From Candidatus Methylomirabilia bacterium (GTDB lineage Bacteria; Methylomirabilota; Methylomirabilia; Rokubacteriales; CSP1-6), in assembly GCA_041496385.1 (NCBI GenBank), contig JBGQEL010000127.1, positions 1 through 12,276 of the forward strand: a stretch of 12,276 nt of DNA, written 5' to 3'. Each line of letters begins with the position of its first letter. Position 1 is the first letter of the stretch. The notes beneath the pieces were generated by a model, which ran no database searches, was not told where the DNA came from, and saw only the letters and a list, made by a program, of their open reading frames with translations. Shown piece after piece: positions 1 through 6,620 of the stretch. The translations under genes were made by a program, and so were the position numbers.

Positions 1-326
1 AGGCGCCGCCCGAGCTGCTCGCCGAGATGTTCGAGATTCAGGAGGCGCTCGAGGAGGCGAAGGCGGGCGGACTCGACGCGGCCGGCCGCGAGGCCCTGAC
101 CGCACAGCAGGAAGCGCTGGGTGCGCGCGTCCGCGAGATCGAGTCGGGCCTCGCCGGCACGCTCAGCGACGCGTGGGACGCCGCGCCGGCCGGGGAGCGG
201 GCGCGCCTCCTCGTCGAGTTCAAGAAGGCGCTGGCCGCGCGGGCCTATCTGCGCACCGTGATCGACGACCTGAGCGCCGCGCTCGGAGGGAGCCAGGACG
301 GACATGTCGCGAATCGTCGGCATTGA
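1..326 (+). CDS. hscB: Fe-S co-chaperone HscB, C-terminal part (5'-truncated by window edge)
   Basis: Frame is open from position 3 (APPELLAEMFEIQEALEE...), an acidic helical segment resembling the HscB C-terminal domain. It lies directly upstream of, and overlaps by 23 nt, an Hsp70 gene followed by fdx and iscX. The J-domain is outside the window, so the call relies partly on synteny. Confidence 0.8.
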   Translation, partial: APPELLAEMFEIQEALEEAKAGGLDAAGREALTAQQEALGARVREIESGLAGTLSDAWDAAPAGERARLLVEFKKALAARAYLRTVIDDLSAALGGSQDGHVANRRH

Positions 327-2136
327 CCTCGGAACCACCAACAGCCTCGTCGCCTACGTGGACGACGCGACGGGACTGCCGCGCGTGATTCCCGACCGCG
401 ACGGACAGGCCCTCCTGCCCTCGGTCGTCGCCTTCACGCCCAACGGCGTGCTCGTCGGCGCCGCGGCGAAGCGCCAGCTCGTGCGCCGGCCCGAGACAAC
501 CGTGTACTCGGTCAAGCGGCTCATGGGGCGCGGCTACGACGACGTGAAGGACGATCTCTGCTACCTGCCCTTCAAGGTCGTGCCCGGCGACGGCATCGTG
601 CGGATCCGGGTCGGCGCCCGCGAGGTGACGCCGCCGGAGGTCTCGGCGATCGTGCTGAAGTCGCTGAAGGAGCGCGCCGAGGCGCACTTCGGCGAGCCGG
701 TGGAGAAGGCGGTCGTGACGGTGCCGGCGTACTTCAACGACAGCCAGCGCCAGGCGACGAAGGACGCCGGCCGCATCGCGGGCCTCGACGTGGTCCGCAT
801 CGTCAACGAGCCGACGGCGGCGTCGCTCGCCTACGGCCTGCAACGCCTGCGGGAGGGCGTCGTCGCCGTCTACGACCTCGGGGGTGGCACCTTCGACATC
901 TCGATCCTGCGCGTCAAGGGCGGGGTGTTCGAGGTGCTCGCGACCAACGGCAACACACGCCTCGGTGGTGACGACTTCGACCGCGCGATCGTCGTGTGGC
1001 TCCTCGACGACATCCTCGAGAAGCACGGGACGTACCTCGGACGTGACCACGAGGCGATGCAGGAGCTCCGGCTCGCGGCCGAGGCGGCCAAGATCCGCCT
1101 CTCGAGTGGCGAGCGGACGGCGCTGACGATTCCGTTCGACGCGTTCACCTACCACCGCGAGATCGCGCGGGCCGACCTCGAGCGGCTGATCGAGCGCCTC
1201 GTCGACTCCACGCTCACGCCGTGCCGGATGGCCCTCGCCGACGCCGGCCTGGCGCCCGCGGACATCGACGAGGTCGTGCTCGTCGGCGGGTCGACCCGCG
1301 TGCCGCTCGTGCGACGGCGGGTGCAGGAGCTGTTCGGCAAGACCCCGCACAGCCAGCTCAACCCCGACGAGGTCGTGGCGCTGGGCGCGGCGGTGCAGGC
1401 GCAGATCCTGGCGGGCGGGATCCGGGACATGCTGCTGCTGGACGTGACGCCGCTCTCGCTGGGGATCGAGACCCTCGGCGGGATCGTCAGCGTGCTCATC
1501 GCGCGCAATACGACGATACCGACGAGCGCGCGCGAGATGTTCACCACCTCGGTGGACGGCCAGACGGTCGTGGACCTGCACGTCGTCCAGGGCGAGCGCG
1601 AGCTCGCCAAGGACTGCCGCTCGCTGGCCCGGTTCGAGCTGCGCGGCATCGACCCGATGCCTGCCGGGATGCCGAAGATCGAGGTGACGTTCCTGATCGA
1701 CGCGAACGGGATCCTCCAGGTGGCGGCCCGGGAGCTGCGGACGGGCAAGGCCGCGGCGATCGAGGTGAAGCCGACCTACGGCCTCGCGGAGGCGGATGTC
1801 GAGCGGATGGTGGAGGAGTCGTTCACGTACGCGGAGGCGGACGTCGAGGCTCGGCTGCTCATCGAAGCGCGCAACGAGGCCGATACCGTGATGACCCACG
1901 TGGAGCGCGCGCTCCGCCAGGGGGCGGGGCTGGTCGGCGCCGACGAGGGCGAGCGGATCCGCGCGGCGCTCGCCGAGGTGCGCGTGGCACGCGGGGGCGA
2001 CGACCGGGCCCGGATCCACGAGAAGACGACCGCGCTGAACCGCGCGACCGAGCATCTCGCCGAAGTCATGATGGACACGGCGCTCAAGGGCGCGCTCGGC
2101 AGCAAGCGGGCCGCGGAGATCATGGAGCCGGAGTGA
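304..2136 (+). CDS. hscA: Fe-S protein assembly Hsp70 chaperone HscA (610 aa)
   Basis: Hsp70 signatures GIDLGTTNS, TVPAYFND, VYDLGGGTFDISIL, LVGGSTRVP and LLDVTPLSLGIET. The hscB-hscA-fdx-iscX gene order favours HscA over DnaK. Confidence 0.92.
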   Translation: MSRIVGIDLGTTNSLVAYVDDATGLPRVIPDRDGQALLPSVVAFTPNGVLVGAAAKRQLVRRPETTVYSVKRLMGRGYDDVKDDLCYLPFKVVPGDGIVRIRVGAREVTPPEVSAIVLKSLKERAEAHFGEPVEKAVVTVPAYFNDSQRQATKDAGRIAGLDVVRIVNEPTAASLAYGLQRLREGVVAVYDLGGGTFDISILRVKGGVFEVLATNGNTRLGGDDFDRAIVVWLLDDILEKHGTYLGRDHEAMQELRLAAEAAKIRLSSGERTALTIPFDAFTYHREIARADLERLIERLVDSTLTPCRMALADAGLAPADIDEVVLVGGSTRVPLVRRRVQELFGKTPHSQLNPDEVVALGAAVQAQILAGGIRDMLLLDVTPLSLGIETLGGIVSVLIARNTTIPTSAREMFTTSVDGQTVVDLHVVQGERELAKDCRSLARFELRGIDPMPAGMPKIEVTFLIDANGILQVAARELRTGKAAAIEVKPTYGLAEADVERMVEESFTYAEADVEARLLIEARNEADTVMTHVERALRQGAGLVGADEGERIRAALAEVRVARGGDDRARIHEKTTALNRATEHLAEVMMDTALKGALGSKRAAEIMEPE

Positions 2137-2459
2137 TGGCGGTCCACAAGGTCACCTTCCTGCCCTTGAACCGCAGCGTCGAGGTGGACGACGCGAAGTA
2201 CCCGCTGGCCGATCACGGCAAGCCGGGCTCGCTCCTCGACATCGCGCTGGCCAACGACATCCGGCTCGAGCACAACTGTGGCGGGAGCTGCGCCTGCACG
2301 ACCTGCCACGTGATCGTCCGGGAGGGTGAGGAGAATCTCAGCGAGATGCAACCGGACGAGGAGGACCGGCTCGACATGGCCGAAGGCCTCACGATCCACT
2401 CGCGTCTCGGGTGCCAGGCGGTGGTCCGCGGCAACGTCGTCGTGGAGATCCCGAAGTGA
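2136..2459 (+). CDS. fdx: ISC-type (adrenodoxin-like) [2Fe-2S] ferredoxin, 107 aa
   Basis: ATG at 2136 overlaps the hscA stop (TGATG). Motif HNCGGSCACTTCHV...SRLGCQ (C-x5-C-x2-C...C). It is the C-terminal part of track ORF 1221..2459. Confidence 0.95.
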   Translation: MAVHKVTFLPLNRSVEVDDAKYPLADHGKPGSLLDIALANDIRLEHNCGGSCACTTCHVIVREGEENLSEMQPDEEDRLDMAEGLTIHSRLGCQAVVRGNVVVEIPK

Positions 2460-2659
2460 TCACCTGGCGGGACACCGAGGACATCGCGATCGCGCTCGCC
2501 GAGCGCCAGCCCGACCTGGATCCGCTGACCGTCCGGTTCACGGACCTGCGACGGTGGGTGGCGGAGCTGCCGGGCTTCTCGGACGACCCGAAGGGCTCGA
2601 ACGAGAAGATCCTCGAGGCGATTCAGATGGCCTGGCTGGACGAGTACCGGAACCGATGA
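2456..2659 (+). CDS. iscX: Fe-S assembly protein IscX (YfhJ), 67 aa
   Basis: GTG at 2456 overlaps the fdx stop (GTGA). Sequence W.DTEDIAIAL...DPLTVRFTDLRRWV.ELPGF.DDP..SNEKILEAIQMAWLDE is typical IscX. Confidence 0.95.
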   Translation: MITWRDTEDIAIALAERQPDLDPLTVRFTDLRRWVAELPGFSDDPKGSNEKILEAIQMAWLDEYRNR

Positions 2660-2685
2660 GACCCGACCGCGGCCCCGTCGCTCCG

Positions 2686-2910
2686 TTACCAGGCGATGAC
2701 CTGATCGGACTCGAAGATGAGGTCGAGGAGCTGGGAGTAGGAGCAGTCGCCGGGCACGTGGCGCACCCGGACGTCCCGGGGGAGCTCGAGCCGGCCCGCG
2801 CCGGGCAGGAGAACGGCGGTCACGCGGTCGCCCGCGCCGAGGCCCTGCTCGATCGCCGCGCGCGCGAGGGTGGCGTCCGGGGTCTTGAGGACGTGGAGCA
2901 CGGCGGCCAT
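2686..2910 (-). CDS. DsrH/TusB-like sulfur relay subunit, shortened (74 aa)
   Basis: N-terminal VLHVLK and C-terminal YSQLLDLIFESDQVIAW resemble DsrH/TusB termini. Third gene of a coupled triplet; its ATG overlaps the upstream stop (TGATG on minus strand). Confidence 0.7.
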   Translation of the reverse strand: MAAVLHVLKTPDATLARAAIEQGLGAGDRVTAVLLPGAGRLELPRDVRVRHVPGDCSYSQLLDLIFESDQVIAW

Positions 2911-3266
2911 CAGAACACGAGGCAGCGACGGCCCTGCCGCAGCAGCGCCGCGATCCGCTCGCGGGTGAGGGGGACGACCTCGTGGCCGTCCGCGTTCCAG
3001 TCGGGGTCCGGCGGGATCGCCTCCGCCTCGACGTGGAAGGGGATGCCGAGCGCCCGGAGGTTCGCGCGGAACTTGGCGATGTCGTCGCCGTCGACGAGGT
3101 CGTCGGTGTCGGCGTCGAGCAGATGCGCGGCCGGGCCCGCGAGGATGAACGTGACCTCGTTCTCGCCCGACACGACCCCGAGCCCGATACGCATCGCCTC
3201 GTTCGCCCGGTGCGACGCGCGCGGATCGGCCGAGATCAGGACGACGACCGGCTGGGTCTCGCGCAC
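2910..3266 (-). CDS. DsrF/TusC-like (DsrE superfamily) sulfur relay subunit, about 118 aa
   Basis: VVVLISADPRASHRANEAMRIGLG...VTFILAGPAAHLL pattern and terminal LLRQGRRCLVF resemble DsrF/TusC. GTG at 3266 has GGAG 8 nt upstream and is preferred over the track's TTG at 3287. Confidence 0.72.
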   Translation of the reverse strand: MRETQPVVVLISADPRASHRANEAMRIGLGVVSGENEVTFILAGPAAHLLDADTDDLVDGDDIAKFRANLRALGIPFHVEAEAIPPDPDWNADGHEVVPLTRERIAALLRQGRRCLVF

Positions 3267-3288
3267 GGTGCCGGCTCCGGCGGACAAG

Positions 3289-3612
3289 CTAGTTGAGCGC
3301 GACGAAGCGATCGGTGCCGTTGATCAGATCGGTGAGCACGACGAGGCCGCAGTAGGTCACGCGCTCGGCGTCGCGGAGCGCGAGGCCCCGCTTCTGGCAG
3401 CCGTACGCACACACGAAGAGCTTCGCGCCGCGATCCGACAGCTCGCCGATGCGCGGATCGTCCAGCGCGCGCACACCGTCGTCGATGAGATAGAGGTAGA
3501 GGCCGGTGCCGCGACCGAGCGCGGCCTGCGCGAGTCCGACGGCGGTCTCGAGGTTCGGATGCTCGGGACCCGTGGACAGCAGCACGCCGAGCTTCTTTTT
3601 CGCGAGATCCAT
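3289..3612 (-). CDS. DsrE/TusD-like sulfurtransferase subunit, 107 aa
   Basis: ATG at 3612 gives MDLAKKKLGVLLSTGP...LYLYLIDDGV...FVCAYGCQKRG...GLVVLTDLINGTDRFVALN. DGV and C-x6-RG motifs match DsrE/TusD; Cys68 aligns with the persulfide-carrying Cys78 of TusD/DsrE. It is the C-terminal part of track ORF 3289..4653. Confidence 0.85.
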   Translation of the reverse strand: MDLAKKKLGVLLSTGPEHPNLETAVGLAQAALGRGTGLYLYLIDDGVRALDDPRIGELSDRGAKLFVCAYGCQKRGLALRDAERVTYCGLVVLTDLINGTDRFVALN

Positions 3613-3621
3613 CGCGGATCG

Positions 3622-3631
3622 AGCGTAGCAT
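3622..3631. promoter_or_regulatory. Putative bidirectional promoter with overlapping -10 elements
   Basis: AGCGTAGCAT reads TAGCAT on + (3626-3631) and TACGCT on - (3627-3622). The minus-strand element is preceded by TGC (extended -10, TGnTAnnnT). It lies in the 42-bp gap between the divergent dsrE-like and desulfurase genes. Confidence 0.5.
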
Positions 3632-3654
3632 CGTAACCGAGGGAGAGCAATCGC

Positions 3655-4812
3655 ATGAAACGCCGCGTGTACCTCGATCACAACGCTTCGACCCCGGTGC
3701 ACCCCGAGGTGCTGGCCGAGATGCTGCCGTACTTCTCCGAGATCTACGGGAACCCGTCGAGCATCCACGAGTTCGGCCGCGAGGCGCGCACCGGCGTGGA
3801 CGCGGCGCGCGAGCGCGTCGCGCGGTTTCTCAAGGTCGCGCCGCAGGAGGTCGTCTTCACGTCCGGCGGCACGGAGTCGGACAACCTCGGCGTGAAGGGG
3901 CTGGCCTGGGCACGCGGGAAGGGGCACCTCATCACCTCGCGCGTCGAGCACCACGCGGTCCTGCGCACCTGCCAGGCGCTCGAGGCCCAGGGCTTCGACG
4001 TCACCTATGTCGGCGTGGACGGGCACGGGATGGTGGATCCCGACGAGGTGCGTCGCGCGATCCGGCCCGACACGGTCGCGATCAGCATCATGCACGCCAA
4101 CAGCGAGGTCGGGACGCTCCAGCCGGTCGGCGCGATCGGCGCGCTCGCGCGCGAGCGCGGCGTCGCCTTCCACGTCGACGCCGTCCAGACCCTGGGCAAG
4201 ATCCCCTTCGACCTCGAAGCGCTGGGCATCGACGTGCTCTCCTTCTCCGCCCACAAGATCTACGGGCCCAAGGGCGTCGCGGGACTCTGGATCCGCAAGG
4301 GCACCAAGATGGTCTCGATCCAGCACGGCGGCGAGCACGAGCGGCGCCGCCGCGCCGGCACCGAGTACGTGCCCGGCATCGTCGGTCTCGGCAAGGCCGT
4401 CGAGATCCGCGCCCGTGACATGCACGCCGAGGCCGAGCGGCTGGCCGCGCTGCGCGACCGCCTGTGGGAGGGCGTGCGCGCGCGCGTCCCCGAGGTGCGC
4501 CTGTCCGGGCATCCCACGGAGCGGCTGCCCGGGACGGCGAGCCTCCTCTTCCGTCATGTTGAGTCGGAATCCATCGTGCTGGGACTGGATCTCAAGGGCA
4601 TCGCCGTGTCGGCGGGGTCGGCCTGCACCGCGGGCAGCATCGAACCCTCGCACGTCCTGGCCGCGATGGGCGTGCCCCTCGACTGGGTGATGGGGGCCGT
4701 GCGCTGCTCGCTCGGCCGATCGACGACCGCCGAGGACATCGACTACGTGATCGAGAGCGTGGACACGGTCGTGCGGAAGCTCAGGCAGGCGATGCCGGTC
4801 GGAGCCGCATGA
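3655..4812 (+). CDS. iscS: Group I cysteine desulfurase (IscS/NifS family), 385 aa
   Basis: YLDHNASTP, GNPSSIH, FTSGGTESDN, HVDAVQ, PLP-lysine motif SAHKIYGPKG and catalytic loop SAGSAC. RBS-like GAGGGAG upstream. Confidence 0.93.
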   Translation: MKRRVYLDHNASTPVHPEVLAEMLPYFSEIYGNPSSIHEFGREARTGVDAARERVARFLKVAPQEVVFTSGGTESDNLGVKGLAWARGKGHLITSRVEHHAVLRTCQALEAQGFDVTYVGVDGHGMVDPDEVRRAIRPDTVAISIMHANSEVGTLQPVGAIGALARERGVAFHVDAVQTLGKIPFDLEALGIDVLSFSAHKIYGPKGVAGLWIRKGTKMVSIQHGGEHERRRRAGTEYVPGIVGLGKAVEIRARDMHAEAERLAALRDRLWEGVRARVPEVRLSGHPTERLPGTASLLFRHVESESIVLGLDLKGIAVSAGSACTAGSIEPSHVLAAMGVPLDWVMGAVRCSLGRSTTAEDIDYVIESVDTVVRKLRQAMPVGAA

Positions 4813-5186
4813 GGTACAGCGCGACGCTGGTCGACCACTTCCTCAACCCCCGCAACGCCGGGATGATGCGCGAGGCCGACGGCACCGGGGAGAGCGAGTA
4901 CGCCGGCTGCGGCGACCTGGCGCGCTTCTTCCTGCGCGTCCGCGACGGGCGCGTGGTCGACGTCCGTTTCCAGACCTACGGGTGTGGCCCGACGATCGCC
5001 GCCGCGAGCGTGGCGAGCGAGCTGGCGCGCGGGCGTGACGTCGCCGGCCTGCGTCAGCTGAAGGCCGCCGAGGTCGAGTCGGCGCTCGAGGGGTTGCCCG
5101 AGGACCGGAAGCACGCGGCCGAGGTCGCCGCCGGCTCCCTGCGAGCCGCCGCGGACGACTACGCGCGGCGGGCGGCCCGTGTTTGA
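4809..5186 (+). CDS. IscU/NifU-N-like scaffold protein with only two conserved Cys, 125 aa
   Basis: [17 protein letters not shown] (C34, D36) and FQTYGC (C59) are present. LPEDRKHA replaces canonical LPPVKxHC. ATGA overlap with the desulfurase stop. Confidence 0.88.
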   Translation: MRYSATLVDHFLNPRNAGMMREADGTGESEYAGCGDLARFFLRVRDGRVVDVRFQTYGCGPTIAAASVASELARGRDVAGLRQLKAAEVESALEGLPEDRKHAAEVAAGSLRAAADDYARRAARV

Positions 5187-5841
5187 CGCGATCCGGCGCG
5201 ACGTCCGGGTCGTCCTGGAGCGCGATCCCGCGGCGCGCTCGGCGCTCGAGGTGCTGCTCTGCTACCCGGGCGTGCACGCGCTCGCCTTCCACCGGCTGGC
5301 CCACCGCGTCTGGCGGGCCGGCTGGACGACACCCGCGCGCGCCATTTCCCACGTGGCCCGCTTTCTCACGGGGATCGAGATCCACCCTGCGGCCAAGCTC
5401 GGGCCCGGGCTCTTCATCGACCACGGGATGGGCGTTGTCATCGGCGAGACGGCCGAGGTCGGCGAGAACGTCACGTTGCTCCAGGGCGTCACGCTCGGCG
5501 GGACGAGCCTCAAGCGCGAGAAGCGCCATCCGACGCTCGGCAACGACGTCGTCGTGGGCGCGGGCGCCAAGGTGCTGGGCGGGTTCCGGATCGGCGACGG
5601 CAGTCGCATCGGCGCCGGCTCGGTCGTGGTCCACGAGGTCCCGCCCAACGCCGTAGTCGTCGGCGTCCCGGGGCGGGTAACATACAAGGACGGCCAGCGG
5701 GTCACGGGCGAGATCGACCTGAACCAGACGGACCTGCCCGACCCGGTCAGCAAGGCGATCGAACAGCTGCTCGAGCGCATCCGCGCTCTCGAAGCCGAGG
5801 TGGAGACGCTGCGGAAGAGACTGAAGGAGGAGCCCTCGTGA
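5179..5841 (+). CDS. cysE: Serine O-acetyltransferase, 220 aa
   Basis: [42 protein letters not shown] and KRHPTLG motifs plus hexapeptide repeats. GTG start overlaps the upstream gene by 8 nt. Confidence 0.95.
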   Translation: MFDAIRRDVRVVLERDPAARSALEVLLCYPGVHALAFHRLAHRVWRAGWTTPARAISHVARFLTGIEIHPAAKLGPGLFIDHGMGVVIGETAEVGENVTLLQGVTLGGTSLKREKRHPTLGNDVVVGAGAKVLGGFRIGDGSRIGAGSVVVHEVPPNAVVVGVPGRVTYKDGQRVTGEIDLNQTDLPDPVSKAIEQLLERIRALEAEVETLRKRLKEEPS

Positions 5842-6017
5842 CCCCGAAGGACGTCCTGAGCCTGACCGAAGCCTCGACCTACCTCGCGATGGACGAGGCG
5901 CAGCTGCGGCTCCTCGCGCACGAGCGGCGTATCCCGTCGCTCCAGGTCAACGGCGCGTGGGTGTTCTCGAAGAAGTCCATCGACAAGTGGCGGTACCAGC
6001 AAGCGCGCCGCACGTGA
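5838..6017 (+). CDS. Small excisionase-like (HTH_17/MerR-like) DNA-binding protein, 59 aa; absent from the ORF track
   Basis: Hand translation: [59 protein letters not shown]. It fits the L...EA..YL...IP...V.G.W.F....ID.W pattern, has a strong RBS (AAGGAGGAG) and GTGA overlaps at both ends. Confidence 0.85.
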   Translation: MTPKDVLSLTEASTYLAMDEAQLRLLAHERRIPSLQVNGAWVFSKKSIDKWRYQQARRT

Positions 6018-6577
6018 TCGCGCGCGAGCACGCCTGGTCCATCCTCACCGAGTTCACCAAGAGCGACAGCCTCCGCAAGCACGCGCGCGCCGTCGAGGCG
6101 TCGATGCGCGCCTACGCGGGCAAGCATGCGGAAGATCCCGAGGTCTGGGGCGTGGCCGGGATGCTTCACGACTTCGACTACGAGATGCACCCGCGTGCCC
6201 CACACCACCCGATGAAGGGCGCGGAGATCCTCCTGTCGCGCGGCGTGCCCGAGGCGATCGTCCACGCGATCCTCGCCCACGCCGACTACTCGGGCGTGCC
6301 GCGGGTCTCGCTGCTCGACCGGGCCCTGTACGCATGCGACGAGCTCTCGGGGTTCGTGCACGCCTGCGCGCTCGTCCGGCCCGGGCGGGTGATCGCGGGC
6401 CTGGAGCCCGCCTCCGTCAGGAAGAAGCTCAAGGACAAGGCCTTCGCCCGCACCGTGAACCGCGATGACGTCTATCGCGGCGCGAGCGAGCTCGGCGTGG
6501 ATCTGGACGCGCACATCGCGTTCGTCGTCGCCGCGCTGACCGACGTCGCGACCGAGATCGGCCTCGCGCGGGTGTGA
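6014..6577 (+). CDS. HD/HDIG-domain metal-dependent phosphohydrolase, 187 aa
   Basis: RKH...LHDFDYE...H...AILAH...ACDELSG...KKLKDKAFA motifs. GTG at 6014 overlaps the HTH gene stop and is preferred over track start 5957. Substrate unknown. Confidence 0.85.
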   Translation: MIAREHAWSILTEFTKSDSLRKHARAVEASMRAYAGKHAEDPEVWGVAGMLHDFDYEMHPRAPHHPMKGAEILLSRGVPEAIVHAILAHADYSGVPRVSLLDRALYACDELSGFVHACALVRPGRVIAGLEPASVRKKLKDKAFARTVNRDDVYRGASELGVDLDAHIAFVVAALTDVATEIGLARV

Positions 6578-6620
6578 CGCGGGGCGGGGCCGGGGTGCGG
6601 GCTCTGAGAGCACGCTGGCC

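Noticed and set aside
220..2055. 611-aa minus-strand ORF antisense to hscA
   Set aside because: Codon-register mirror of an Hsp70 gene. Long antisense ORFs opposite dnaK-family genes are a familiar artefact in GC-rich DNA, and there is no independent motif support.
1221..2135. Apparent 412-aa protein with ferredoxin fused at its C-terminus
   Set aside because: The upstream part is Arg/Gly-rich off-frame translation inside hscA; the real fdx starts at ATG 2136.
2660..2685. Possible terminator between convergent iscX and dsrH-like genes
   Set aside because: Only a weak CGAC/GTCG pairing and no U-tract on either strand.
3613..4653. Long N-terminal extension of the DsrE-like ORF (454 aa in the track)
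   Set aside because: It is antisense to the desulfurase; DsrE similarity covers only the last 107 aa from ATG 3612.
5115..5117. Selenocysteine or sequencing error explaining the missing IscU Cys
   Set aside because: The codon is GCG, not TGA, and differs from TGC/TGT at all three positions.
5838..6017. Prophage or integrative element suggested by the excisionase-like gene
   Set aside because: No integrase, tRNA, att-like direct repeats or evident compositional shift; the gene is coupled to housekeeping neighbours.
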